Source: Candidatus Micrarchaeia archaeon | GTDB taxonomy: Archaea; Micrarchaeota; Micrarchaeia; Anstonellales; J096 | Direction of reading: 5' to 3' | Length of the DNA stretch: 64,000 bases | NCBI GenBank assembly: GCA_041500865.1 | Contig: JBGQMY010000004.1 | Span: forward strand, 10,079-74,078 | Shown here: positions 9,557 through 19,217 of the stretch, piece after piece | Layout of the letters: every line of letters begins with the position of its first letter | Position numbering within the stretch: position 1 is the first letter of the stretch | Translations under genes and position numbers: made by a program | The notes under the pieces: model-generated | What the model saw: only the letters and a program-made list of their open reading frames with translations | What the model was told of the DNA's origin: nothing | The model's database searches: none

Positions 9557-10645
9557 TCAGTCCTTTCCGCTTATGAAATCCTCAAGCCTTTTCCTTGCGT
9601 CAGGGTCTGACATCTCCATTGGGGGATGCTTCATAAGATAGGCGCTTGCCGCCGTTACCGCGCCGCCCTGCTTCCTGTCAAGCGCGAGCTTGGCGCACCT
9701 TATTGCATCAACCGAAATGCCTGCGGAATTGGCCTTGTCGTCAACCTGGAGCCTTACCTCCATGTTGTACGGCCTGTCGGCCCACATCAGACCCTCTATC
9801 CTCATGTACATGACCTTCGTGTTTTCAAGGAACGGCACGTAGTCGCTTGGGCCAATGTGTATGTTATTGTCGGAAAGCCTTTCCCTCAGCTGGCTCTGCA
9901 CGCTTTCAGTCTTGCTTATCTTCTTGCTGGTTAATCTCGTCAATTCTTTCATGTTCTGGAAATCCGTGTTGCCGCCGACGTTCAGCTGGTAGCTTCTCTC
10001 TATCTTTGTGCCCCTGTCGTCGCAGAGCTTCGCGAGCGTCCTGTGCACTATCGTTGCGCCTACCTGGGCCTTTATGTCGTCCCCTATTATTGGAATCCCT
10101 TTTTCCCTGAACCTTTTCTCCCATGCAGGGTCGCTTGCGATGAAAACAGGCACGCAGTTGACGAACGCGCAGCCCGTCTCAAGCGAAACCTCTGCCCAGA
10201 ACTCCGTGGCTTTTTGGCTGCCGACAGGAAGGTAGCTGACAATCACTTCAGTCTTTGTTTTCCTTATCTCGTCCAAAATTTCCTTTCTCAGCTGCTCCAT
10301 CGGCTTGTTTGTAATAGGGTCTATCTTTTCCTTGACAAAATATCCTACCCCATCGAGTACTGGGCTTTCCCTGACAATGCAGTCTGATTTCGGCATGTCC
10401 TTTATCCAGTCCACCATGTTCGGGGGTGCGTTCCCTGCCTCATGCAGCGGCTTGCCGACCTTGTTCTTTGCGACGTCAAACGCGCTGACGAATTCTATGT
10501 CCTTCCACGAATACCCGCCCAATGTGTCGTGCATCAGGCCTGCAACCTTTTTCGATGGATTCCTCTTGTAGTATTCCAGCCCCTGCCAAAGCCCTGCAAA
10601 GCAGTTCCCTATTCCGACAATTCCGACGCGAATCTTTCCTGCCAT
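9557..10645 (-). CDS. ino1: myo-inositol-1-phosphate synthase
   Basis: GIGNC, YLPVGS, GDDIKAQVGAT, YQLNVGGNTDF, SKKISKT, DKANSAG. Confidence 0.95.
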   Translation of the reverse strand: MAGKIRVGIVGIGNCFAGLWQGLEYYKRNPSKKVAGLMHDTLGGYSWKDIEFVSAFDVAKNKVGKPLHEAGNAPPNMVDWIKDMPKSDCIVRESPVLDGVGYFVKEKIDPITNKPMEQLRKEILDEIRKTKTEVIVSYLPVGSQKATEFWAEVSLETGCAFVNCVPVFIASDPAWEKRFREKGIPIIGDDIKAQVGATIVHRTLAKLCDDRGTKIERSYQLNVGGNTDFQNMKELTRLTSKKISKTESVQSQLRERLSDNNIHIGPSDYVPFLENTKVMYMRIEGLMWADRPYNMEVRLQVDDKANSAGISVDAIRCAKLALDRKQGGAVTAASAYLMKHPPMEMSDPDARKRLEDFISGKD

Positions 10646-10725
10646 TTTTTGCACACAGTAGTTTTGTCCGGCTTGTTTTAAAGAGTTGCTATTGCGTTTT
10701 AAACTGTTTTGGGCATAATAAGGCT

Positions 10726-11202
10726 ATGGAGCAGCGGCATAAGGAAAGGAGCCAAAAACCAAAGCTGCGCGAGCGCACAAGGCAGGTGCTGGCATCGGCT
10801 GCGCGGTCAATAAAGAGGGCGTTTGCCGGAAGAAGACTTGACAATGCGTTCTTCAGGGCCGTGCGGAATGGCGACAACGCGGAGATAAGGCGGCTCATAA
10901 AGGCCGGAGCCGACATCGCCGCAAAGGGCGATTTTGGCTGGACAGCCCTGCACTATGCCGCAAACAACGGACATGTCCAAACCTGCGCCCTGTTAACAAG
11001 AGAATACGCGAAAGCCGGCGGAGACATAAAAGAGCTAATCGCCATAACGGATGCTTTTGGCTGGACAGCCCTGCGCCGTGCCACAAAATGGAGATATGCC
11101 CAAATCGCGCAGTTATTCAAATCCATGCCGCTATTGCAAGGCTGGGTTGGGAAGGAAACGTTCAGCTCGTTCATGGAATCGTTCGGGGAATGTGTTTCCT
11201 AA
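10726..11202 (+). CDS. Ankyrin-repeat protein (FxxxFxxC-tail family)
   Basis: GWTALHYAANNGH; C-terminus FMESFGECVS. Confidence 0.9.
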   Translation: MEQRHKERSQKPKLRERTRQVLASAARSIKRAFAGRRLDNAFFRAVRNGDNAEIRRLIKAGADIAAKGDFGWTALHYAANNGHVQTCALLTREYAKAGGDIKELIAITDAFGWTALRRATKWRYAQIAQLFKSMPLLQGWVGKETFSSFMESFGECVS

Positions 11203-11261
11203 GGCTAATCCGTCAAGCAGCAATGGATGCTTTTTAAATATTCCTCACTAATCAATATCCG

Positions 11262-13979
11262 ATGGCGAAAAAAACCCTGGAGCAGGTGAGGGTCAAGGCC
11301 CTCATAAGGCAGGTCCAGTCAAACGATTCCGCGCTCGGCGCCATAATAACGTACCTTGCGTGCATCTCCATTCTCTTCGCGATATACTTCTATCCCGTCT
11401 ACCTGATACCGTTCCTTGCGCTGATTCCGGCATTGCTTTCATACAAGTTCCATCCTGGCATCGGGCTTACGGCAACCTGGCTCATCGCATTGCCGGCATT
11501 TGCGTTCCAGAGCGCGGTTTTCGCCTGGGTCGGCTCGATATTCCTTATCGTCGTGCTTTACACTGCTGCCGACCATTGGGCGACCATATCGCTTGCCACG
11601 ATAGCGGTGTTCCTGCCTTTTGCGCCGTTCCCGCTCTCGTTCCTGGGGGGCTTCATCTACCTCGTCCTGCTTGTGGGCGGGATGTACCTTGGCTCAAAGG
11701 AAAGCATGCCGTTCACCGTGACGACAGTATTGCTCATATTATTGGCAAGCGCAACGTGGAACGTGCCGAACTCGGCGCATTTCCCGCTAAATCCCGCAAG
11801 CAATTTCCAGACAAACGACTATCTGCTGCGCGCGACAGACATACCGTTTTATTACTCTGACTTCCTTCCTGCCTACTCCAAGGCGATATCCAACCTGGTC
11901 AACTTCGGGGCGGCAATGAACTTCGGGAACACGCTGGGCGTTTTGTGGCACAACCTGATGGTCATATGCTTCGGCGACACAGGGCTGATGCAGGCGCTGT
12001 CATGGATGGCGGTCATCTGGTCGGCAGTGTACTTCACTGGCAGGCCGCTTGTCCGCCTTCCGATGATGCTGCACAAGAAAGTGGAAATGTCGTTCCTCTT
12101 CCTGCTGCTGATTCCCGTGATTTACACCATTTTCTATGCGCTTGACAACAGCCCGTACCTGATAGAGATGCCGATATACGCCGTGGCCAGCATACTGGTC
12201 GCGCAATGGATGATGAACAACAAGATAATGACGTTCAAGGAGCTTGAGATAAGGAGCCATGAGACAGAGAAAAAGTTCGGGACAACTGCGGTGCAGGAGA
12301 TGTCCCTCAGCACAGACGTGCAGAGCATGGAGGATTTCGCCAACTACGAGGAGACGAAAAAGGAAATTTACAATTCAATAGTGATTCCGCTGCAGAAGCC
12401 GGAAATATCCATCGCATACAATATCAATCCGCCAAAAGGCATCCTGCTTTTCGGGCCCCCGGGAACCGGAAAAACGTTTTTGATGAAGGCGCTGAGCAAG
12501 AAACTGGACTACAACATGCTTTACATAAAGACGTCGGACCTGCTCAGCTCCCTGTACGGCGAAAGCGAGAAGAACGTGAGCAAGATATTCCAGAATGCGA
12601 AAAAGACGGCCCCATGCATACTTTTCTTCGACGAGATAGACGCCATAGGCAAGAAGCGCTCCAGCGAGGACTATGTGACGTCAAGGGTGCTGGACACCCT
12701 GCTGGTCGAGATGGACAACACAATGTCAAAGCCAGGCAAGCCGGTCATATTCGTGGCTGCGACCAACGTGCCCCAGCTGATAGACAGGGCGTTCATGAGG
12801 CCCGGCAGGATAGACAAGATAATATACATGCCGCTGCCGGACAGGCACGGCAGGGAGGAAATCTTCAAGGTCAAACTGAAGGGACTTCCGATTGCCGATG
12901 ACGTTGACCCTGGCAAGCTTGCCGACGAGACGGACAGGTTTTCGGGCGCCGACATAACGCTGGCAGTCCAGGAGGCGAAAGGAAGGGTGGTTGACAACCT
13001 AACTGAAAAGCTCACTGAGGACCAGCCGGCAAAGGGCGAGATAGAGCTTATAACGATGGACGACCTGCTTTCGGCGGCGAAGTCGATAAAGCCGTCCACG
13101 TCGTTTTCGGACCTGGAGGCTTACGAGAAATTCCAGTACGACTTTGAAAGGAAGAGGAAGAAGGAGACCAAGAAGGAGGAAGGCGCGATTGACTTCAAGG
13201 ACGTCGTCGGCATGGACGACGTCAAGGAAACGCTCAAGCAGTCGCTTGAGCTTCCGATAAAGCACCCTGAGCTGATAAAGGAATACAGGATTGAGGTTCC
13301 AAAGGGCATACTGCTTTTCGGGCCTCCCGGAACGGGAAAAACCTACCTTGCAAAGGCAGCAGCAGGCGAATTCAAGATACCCATACTGCTTGTCAGCGGG
13401 GCAGACCTGATGAAAAAAGGGCCGTCGGCCGCAGCTGAAGAGCTGAAGACGATATTCAACAGGGCAAGGGAGAACCCGCCGGCAATAGTGTTCATAGACG
13501 AGCTGGAGACAGTGGCGCCCCTCAGGGGCTCTTCAGACATCATAGTCGGCCAGCTGCTCCAGGAGATGGACGGCTTGGCAAAGAACAGGAACATCATGGT
13601 CATAGGCGCAACCAACATGCCGCACATGGTTGACACTGCGCTGCTCAGGCCAGGCAGGTTTGACAAGATAATATACGTCAGCCCATCGGACCTTGCGGCA
13701 AGAAAGGACCTTTTCAAGATGTACATGGCGCCGTTTGAGAAGGGGCTGGACCTTGCGGCGCTCGCCAAGAGCAGCGACGGCTTCTCGGCCGCGGATGTAA
13801 AGTCCGTATGCTCGGAAGTGAAGATAGACGCCGCAAAGGAAAAGATAAGGGGCATGGGCCAGCCGTCCATCACGACGGAAAAAGTGATGGCGAAGCTGGT
13901 CTCAAGGAGGCCGTCAATAACCCAGAACATGCTCAGGGAGTTCGAAAGGTTCATGCAGGAGTATGGCGAAAGAAGGTGA
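11262..13979 (+). CDS. Polytopic membrane protein fused to two CDC48-like AAA+ domains
   Basis: About 320 hydrophobic N-terminal residues; two GPPGTGKT; Walker B FFDEID and FIDELE; two RPGRxD second regions of homology. Confidence 0.9.
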   Translation: MAKKTLEQVRVKALIRQVQSNDSALGAIITYLACISILFAIYFYPVYLIPFLALIPALLSYKFHPGIGLTATWLIALPAFAFQSAVFAWVGSIFLIVVLYTAADHWATISLATIAVFLPFAPFPLSFLGGFIYLVLLVGGMYLGSKESMPFTVTTVLLILLASATWNVPNSAHFPLNPASNFQTNDYLLRATDIPFYYSDFLPAYSKAISNLVNFGAAMNFGNTLGVLWHNLMVICFGDTGLMQALSWMAVIWSAVYFTGRPLVRLPMMLHKKVEMSFLFLLLIPVIYTIFYALDNSPYLIEMPIYAVASILVAQWMMNNKIMTFKELEIRSHETEKKFGTTAVQEMSLSTDVQSMEDFANYEETKKEIYNSIVIPLQKPEISIAYNINPPKGILLFGPPGTGKTFLMKALSKKLDYNMLYIKTSDLLSSLYGESEKNVSKIFQNAKKTAPCILFFDEIDAIGKKRSSEDYVTSRVLDTLLVEMDNTMSKPGKPVIFVAATNVPQLIDRAFMRPGRIDKIIYMPLPDRHGREEIFKVKLKGLPIADDVDPGKLADETDRFSGADITLAVQEAKGRVVDNLTEKLTEDQPAKGEIELITMDDLLSAAKSIKPSTSFSDLEAYEKFQYDFERKRKKETKKEEGAIDFKDVVGMDDVKETLKQSLELPIKHPELIKEYRIEVPKGILLFGPPGTGKTYLAKAAAGEFKIPILLVSGADLMKKGPSAAAEELKTIFNRARENPPAIVFIDELETVAPLRGSSDIIVGQLLQEMDGLAKNRNIMVIGATNMPHMVDTALLRPGRFDKIIYVSPSDLAARKDLFKMYMAPFEKGLDLAALAKSSDGFSAADVKSVCSEVKIDAAKEKIRGMGQPSITTEKVMAKLVSRRPSITQNMLREFERFMQEYGERR

Positions 13980-13984
13980 AAGAC

Positions 13985-15415
13985 ATGAAAATCTCAATAA
14001 CAGAAAAGCCTGATGCGGGCATCATCGCATACGCGGCGTTCAAGGGCGAGAAAAAATCCGCCAGCCTGGTTTCGGCCGCATTGGCAAAGGCCGTGAAGGC
14101 TGGCGTTTTCCGGGGCAGTCCCATGGAGGCGTCGTTTTTCAACGACAATGGCCAGTTCCTTTTCATAGGCCTTGGCAAGAAGGAGGACTTCTGCGAGGAT
14201 GACGTCAGAAAGGCCGTCGGCATTGCAGTGAAATGGGCAAAAGGAAGGAAGCTCGGCTCGCTGTGCTTCGTTCCAAACCCCGATGCAGGAAAGCCGGAAA
14301 GGCAGGCCGCGCTTGCAGCCGAAGGCGCACTGCTTTCAGACTTCACAGTCAACTTCAAGACGGACAAGGAGGACAAGGAGCAGAAGGAGCTTTCCTTTTC
14401 AATTGTTTGCAAAAAATCGGCGCAGAAACCTTTTTCTGACGCCGTTGTTGCCGCAGAGGCGCAGAACTATGCCAGGAAACTGGCAAACACGCCGCCGAAC
14501 ATCGCGACACCGGAGTTCATGGCAGCAGAAGCCAGGAAGCTCGCAAAGGAATGCAAGTTCTCAATAGAGGTTTTTGACCGTAATGGATTGAAAAAGATTG
14601 GCGCGAACGGCATACTTGCTGTCAATGCAGGCAGCCCGCGCCAGGCATACATGATTCATCTTATTTACAAAGGCGGGAAAGGAAAGATAGCCCTTGTGGG
14701 GAAGGGCATAACGTTTGACGCCGGCGGCATAAACGTCAAGCCCTCTGATGCGATGCTGGACATGCACATGGACAAGACAGGCGCATGCGTTGTTTTGGCC
14801 ATAATGAAGGCCGCATACACACTCAAGCTTCCTTTTGAGATTCACGGCATCGTCGCCTTTACTGAGAACATGCCTGATGGCGCTGCTTACAAGACCAACG
14901 AAATAATCAGCATGGGCGGCAAGACCGTTGAGGTCTACCATACGGACGCAGAAGGCAGGATAATCCTTGGCGACTGCCTGTATTACGCCTCGCAGAAGGC
15001 AAAGCCGGACTATATTATAGACTATGCCACGCTGACAGGCGCGATGAGCGTCTCGCTTGGCAGGCAGGCGTCGGGCCTTTTCTCCAATGACGACGGGCTT
15101 TCTGACACTCTTTCAAAAGCCGGCTTCGAGACATGGGAAAGGGTTTGGAGGATGCCGATGTGGAAGGAATACGATGAGCTGGTCAAGGGGGCAATCGCTG
15201 ACATCAGGAATGTAAGCACAGCAAAGGGCGAGGGCGGCTCCATCTCAGGCGCCAAGTTCCTTGAGGCATTCGTCGGCAAGGGCATCAAGTGGGCGCACCT
15301 TGACATAGCGTCAATGGATATCGCAAAAGGCCATCCTTACCTAAATGACTTTGGCATAGCTCCGGGCGTCAGGCTTACAATAGCCGCGCTTAAGGCGATG
15401 ACAAAAGGGAAATAA
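13985..15415 (+). CDS. pepA: Leucyl aminopeptidase (M17)
   Basis: VGKGITFDAGG, MHMDKTG, TDAEGR, ATLTGA, WAHLDIA. Confidence 0.95.
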   Translation: MKISITEKPDAGIIAYAAFKGEKKSASLVSAALAKAVKAGVFRGSPMEASFFNDNGQFLFIGLGKKEDFCEDDVRKAVGIAVKWAKGRKLGSLCFVPNPDAGKPERQAALAAEGALLSDFTVNFKTDKEDKEQKELSFSIVCKKSAQKPFSDAVVAAEAQNYARKLANTPPNIATPEFMAAEARKLAKECKFSIEVFDRNGLKKIGANGILAVNAGSPRQAYMIHLIYKGGKGKIALVGKGITFDAGGINVKPSDAMLDMHMDKTGACVVLAIMKAAYTLKLPFEIHGIVAFTENMPDGAAYKTNEIISMGGKTVEVYHTDAEGRIILGDCLYYASQKAKPDYIIDYATLTGAMSVSLGRQASGLFSNDDGLSDTLSKAGFETWERVWRMPMWKEYDELVKGAIADIRNVSTAKGEGGSISGAKFLEAFVGKGIKWAHLDIASMDIAKGHPYLNDFGIAPGVRLTIAALKAMTKGK

Positions 15416-15417
15416 AT

Positions 15418-15987
15418 TCAGAACTCTATCTCGTTGCCGCCCCTTCTCTCCGACTCCTCCTCTGCCTTGGCCTCTGCCTCCAGCTTCTTCATCTTGAGGC
15501 GGATGTTCTTGCCGCTGATGTTCACAGGGATGGAGATTGCCGCCTCTATTGGAACGACGGTGTAGATGTTCTTTGCCAAGTCCACTGCATTGACCTTCGC
15601 CTTCTCTCCCTTGAACGGGCCTGATATTATCTCAACGATGTCTCCCGGCTCTATGGCAACCGCGACCTCGGCCTTCTTCTCCATCATCTTCTTGACGTCC
15701 TCAAAGGTCAGGGGCGCGCCCTTTATCATGCCCTTGACGTGCTTTACCCCGTCAATGAGCTTTGCCACGGCATTGTCGTCGTCTGCCTCCATGACCAGGT
15801 ATCCCCTTACGTCCTCCTTGAAGAATATGGAATAGACTTTCGCCTTTGTCGCCCTCACCTTCTGGCTCAGCATCATGGCCGTTATCTTCTCCTGCTTGAC
15901 CGCTATCCTGACTATGAAGAACTTGTGCTGCGCCGAAGCATCAACAGGCTGCGGCGGCGCCTCTGCCATCTTTTCCATATCATCCAC
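15418..15987 (-). CDS. spt5: Transcription elongation factor Spt5
   Basis: NGN domain (GYLVME) plus KOW GDIVEIISGPFKGEKAKV; canonical ftsZ-secE-spt5 order. Confidence 0.92.
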   Translation of the reverse strand: MDDMEKMAEAPPQPVDASAQHKFFIVRIAVKQEKITAMMLSQKVRATKAKVYSIFFKEDVRGYLVMEADDDNAVAKLIDGVKHVKGMIKGAPLTFEDVKKMMEKKAEVAVAIEPGDIVEIISGPFKGEKAKVNAVDLAKNIYTVVPIEAAISIPVNISGKNIRLKMKKLEAEAKAEEESERRGGNEIEF

Positions 15988-15991
15988 CTTC

Positions 15992-16159
15992 TCATACGAG
16001 ATTCACTATTAGCGACATCACGATGCCGATTCCGCCCAGTATGAGCAGGAACACGGCCGTTATCCTCGCGACCTTGCTTATCTCGTCCTGCTCCGGGTTC
16101 TCGGCCCTCCTGAGCACGAATATGCTTTTCTTTATCAAGTAAAGTATTCCCTGCCCCAT
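15992..16159 (-). CDS. secE: Protein translocase SecE/Sec61-gamma (not in ORF track)
   Basis: Manual translation MGQGILYLIKKSIFVLRRAENPEQDEISKVARITAVFLLILGGIGIVMSLIVNLV; lies between ftsZ and spt5. Confidence 0.9.
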   Translation of the reverse strand: MGQGILYLIKKSIFVLRRAENPEQDEISKVARITAVFLLILGGIGIVMSLIVNLV

Positions 16160-16163
16160 CCGC

Positions 16164-17384
16164 TCACCCTACCTCTTCCAGCTCAAGCTCGTCAAGCTCG
16201 ACCGGCTTCAGCGTCATGTCCTGTGCAGGGAACTTGACCCCCGCAAGCACGACCAGCACCTTGAGCGCCGACTTCTTCATCTCCTTCTCTATCCTTGCGC
16301 CGAACTTTATGAGCACGTCCGGAGAAACCCTTTTTGCCGTTTCCTCCACGATATACTGCACTTCCTTGAGCGAGAGGTCCTCTCCGCCGGTTATGTTAAT
16401 CAGTACCCTGTTGGCGGATGAGATGTCCACGTCAAGCAAAGGCGAGCTTAGCGCAGTCTCTATAGCTATCCTCGCCCTCTCTTCCCTGGGCACGTCAACA
16501 TTCGCCTCCCCGACGCCTATGACCGCATACCCGCCGTCCTTCAGCGCGGTGCTGAGGTCCGCGAAGTCAACATTGACCAGGCCTTCCTTTGTGACAAGGT
16601 CGCTTATGCCCTTGACCGAGCCCGCAAGCACCTCGTCGCAAACCCTGAAAGCAGTGTTCAGCGGCAGGTCAGGAGCTATGGTGAGCAGCTTGTCGTTCTT
16701 TATTATTATCAGCGTGTCCACGCTCCTCCTGAGCTTGTCCAGGCCCTGCAGCGCATTCTGGTATTTGACCTTCCCTTCTGACGTGAACGGAAGCGTGACT
16801 ATGCCTATGGTGAGCGCCTTTGTCTCGCTCTTCGCCATCTTTGCCATGACAGGCAGCGAGCCTGTTCCCGTTCCCCCTCCCATCCCGCACGTGAGGAACA
16901 GCAGGCTGGCGTCCTTTATGGACTCCTTTATGACTTCTATGGTCTCCTGCGCCGCCTTCTCGCCGCATTCAGGGCTGCTTCCGCATCCCCTCCCCCTTGT
17001 CAGCTGCTTGCCAAGCAGTATCTTCCTGTTCGCCTTTATCTTCAGCAGATGCCTGGCGTCGGTGTTTGACGCTATGAGCGATATGCCCGTAACGTTCATC
17101 TCGTGGAGCCTGTTCAGCGTGTTGCATCCGCTTCCCCCTGCCCCTATGACGAATATCTTCGGCTCGCTTTCCTCTATGAACTTGAGTATGTCCTCCTCGT
17201 CGTCGCTCGCGCTGGCCGTCATCCCCTCCGCAACTTCCGCGGCGCTGTATTTCTCTTCCTGCGCTGGCATAGGTGCTGTGATGGCTGGCGCCGGCGTTGC
17301 AGGGGCTGGGGCCTGCGGCGCAGCGTTCTGCGCTGGCTCTTTAAGCATCTCCTCAGGCTGGGGCTTTGTCTCCTCTCCTTCCAT
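16164..17384 (-). CDS. ftsZ: Cell division protein FtsZ
   Basis: GAGGSGCN, NTD, GMGGGTGTG, NVDFAD; acidic Pro/Ala-rich N-terminal extension. Confidence 0.97.
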   Translation of the reverse strand: MEGEETKPQPEEMLKEPAQNAAPQAPAPATPAPAITAPMPAQEEKYSAAEVAEGMTASASDDEEDILKFIEESEPKIFVIGAGGSGCNTLNRLHEMNVTGISLIASNTDARHLLKIKANRKILLGKQLTRGRGCGSSPECGEKAAQETIEVIKESIKDASLLFLTCGMGGGTGTGSLPVMAKMAKSETKALTIGIVTLPFTSEGKVKYQNALQGLDKLRRSVDTLIIIKNDKLLTIAPDLPLNTAFRVCDEVLAGSVKGISDLVTKEGLVNVDFADLSTALKDGGYAVIGVGEANVDVPREERARIAIETALSSPLLDVDISSANRVLINITGGEDLSLKEVQYIVEETAKRVSPDVLIKFGARIEKEMKKSALKVLVVLAGVKFPAQDMTLKPVELDELELEEVG

Positions 17385-17499
17385 CTGAACTCACCTTTCG
17401 CTAACGGATTTGCAATATTTGAACAATCATGTTTAAAAAGTTGCCTAAATGTGCCACGTTAAAGATGTCAAAAAAATAAAAAAGAAAATTGAAGAGGAT

Positions 17500-17790
17500 T
17501 CACCTCTTCTTCTTGCCTTTCTTCTTCGCTGCCTTTTTCTTTCCCCTCTTTCTCTTCCTCTTGGCGCCTTTCCTGCCGCCCCTGTTCATCTTCGCCTTGT
17601 ACACATATCCGTCGTTCCCGACGTAATACAGATATCCGGCCTGCTTGCTCACCTTGGCGCTGCCCACCTTCTTCTTCCTTCCGCCGGTGTTGTGCTTCAT
17701 GGGTACGGCCCAGACGCATCCGTCGCTTCCTACGAAGTAGAGATATCCCTTTTCCCTACTTATCTTTTCATTTCCTATTTTTTCTGCCAT
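17500..17790 (-). CDS. Small basic protein with duplicated GYLY[FY]VGxDG repeat and Lys/Arg tail
   Basis: 96 aa from MAEK; GGGGTG RBS-like sequence upstream and oligo-T tract downstream. Confidence 0.8.
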   Translation of the reverse strand: MAEKIGNEKISREKGYLYFVGSDGCVWAVPMKHNTGGRKKKVGSAKVSKQAGYLYYVGNDGYVYKAKMNRGGRKGAKRKRKRGKKKAAKKKGKKKR

Positions 17791-17945
17791 TTTGTATACA
17801 CCCCTAATTTTTCTTCTGTTCGCATTTTGCGTTCCCCTCTTTTTAAACTTTGTCCCCGTCAACCCGACAATCCTACGAATACAGTTGTTTTTAGTGTTGG
17901 TAGCTCGTTGTTTTACGTCGGTTTTCGGTTTTTTTAACGTCGATC

Positions 17946-18002
17946 CTTTTTCTTTAGAAAAGAAAAAGTCTTCACCCCAAAAGAAACTACTTTAGGCGCT
18001 GC
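17946..18002. repeat. Short intergenic element, copy 1 (A/T palindrome + AAACTACTTTAGGCGCTGC)
   Basis: CTTTTTCTTT-aga-AAAGAAAAAG inverted repeat; 19-mer 17984-18002 identical to 19162-19180. Confidence 0.75.
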
Positions 18003-18033
18003 TGCGCCACGACGTGGGATTGCGCCATGCAGC

Positions 18034-18060
18034 CTGATTTTTAATCCTTTGCCGCACAAT
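18034..18060 (+). promoter_or_regulatory. Ankyrin-cassette promoter motif (CTGATTTTTAATCCTTTGCCGCACAAT)
   Basis: Related motifs precede the ankyrin genes at 18565, 19218, 20010, 20439, 22371 and 49674. Confidence 0.7.
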
Positions 18061-18066
18061 GGAATC

Positions 18067-18540
18067 ATGCTGCAGAAAAGAACTCCGGTATTTTCGCCGT
18101 TCCTGCACAAGCAGAAGAGCCTGTCCTTAAGGGCTAGGGAGCGCATAGGCGTCTTTTTCTGGGAATTCGGGCGCTATCTGCAGGACCGCTACGGCACGTT
18201 CAACAGCGACCTCCTTGAGGCAGCGGACCATGGGTATGTCGGCGCAGTTAAAGTAACATTGAAGAAAAAGGAGGTCAATATAAACACGCGGGACAAGTAC
18301 GGCAACACTCCGCTGATTCTTGCGGTCCAGGAAAACAACATCAAAGTAGTTAAAGTGCTGATTGGGAACGGGGCGGATGTTTTCCTGAAGAACAAAAACG
18401 GCGTGAGCGCACTGTCGCTTGCGTCCAGCCGCAAGCGCGCAGAGATAGCCGCTCTTCTTGTTGGGTTTTATTTGGAGAGCGTCCTTGCAGACGGCGCCAA
18501 GCCGTTTTACCATCTATTTAGAGACTGCACCGCCGCCTGA
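18067..18540 (+). CDS. Ankyrin-repeat protein
   Basis: GNTPLILAV, GADV, GVSALSLA; C-terminus FYHLFRDCTAA. Confidence 0.9.
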   Translation: MLQKRTPVFSPFLHKQKSLSLRARERIGVFFWEFGRYLQDRYGTFNSDLLEAADHGYVGAVKVTLKKKEVNINTRDKYGNTPLILAVQENNIKVVKVLIGNGADVFLKNKNGVSALSLASSRKRAEIAALLVGFYLESVLADGAKPFYHLFRDCTAA

Positions 18541-18564
18541 TTTATAACACCTTTGCCATATAAA

Positions 18565-19137
18565 ATGACTATGCAAAAGCAGGAGCCGTTGCTGAAAAGA
18601 ATCCTCAGGAAGCTAAGGCCAGCCAAGCAAAATCCCCTGCCCAGCGAGAAGCGGTATCTTTCAGCTGTAGACCAATATCTGGCAGACAGCAGGCTGATGC
18701 GTGCCGCAGGAGGAGGCGACATAAGCGAGGCTAGGCGCCTGCTGAAGAAAGGCGCGAACGTAGATGCGAACATAGTTAAGCCTGACCATGATTACATGAC
18801 TCCGCTCATGTTTGCCGCACAGAATGGCCACACTGAAATTTGCGCGCTCCTTCTCGAAAATGGCGCAAACATCGAGGCTGTGGATGACGTCGGCAGGACC
18901 GCGCTCGTGATTGCTGCATGGTGGTGCCATCTGGAAATATGCAAGCTTTTGATTGAAAAGGGCGCAAGCATGGCCACAGCAACCAACGGCATAAATTTAT
19001 TTTCATATACCCATGCCGAAAACAAAAAAGAAAAAATCGAATTTTTGTCAGGGCTCATGATAGGAAGGATGGCTGGCAAGGAAGCCGCCACGGCCTTTCT
19101 TTCGGATTTCAAAGAGTGCACAGCCCCTTTCTTTTAG
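18565..19137 (+). CDS. Ankyrin-repeat protein
   Basis: TPLMFAAQNGH, GRTALVIAA; C-terminus FLSDFKECTAPFF. Confidence 0.9.
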   Translation: MTMQKQEPLLKRILRKLRPAKQNPLPSEKRYLSAVDQYLADSRLMRAAGGGDISEARRLLKKGANVDANIVKPDHDYMTPLMFAAQNGHTEICALLLENGANIEAVDDVGRTALVIAAWWCHLEICKLLIEKGASMATATNGINLFSYTHAENKKEKIEFLSGLMIGRMAGKEAATAFLSDFKECTAPFF

Positions 19138-19180
19138 AAAAAGAAAGCTGCTGCGGAAAGAAAACTACTTTAGGCGCTGC
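19127..19180. repeat. Short intergenic element, copy 2
   Basis: CTTTCTTTT-aga-AAAAGAAAG inverted repeat plus the identical 19-mer at 19162-19180. Confidence 0.75.
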
Positions 19181-19217
19181 GCGCTATTTTTAACACCTTT
19201 GCCGCACCAATCATATA

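Noticed and set aside
16216..17388. 390-aa plus-strand ORF, and similar long ORFs at 25374-26666, 13343-13954, 7042-7932 and 44803-45675
   Set aside because: Antisense shadows of clear genes (ftsZ, ribosomal proteins, AAA ATPase and others) with no motifs of their own.
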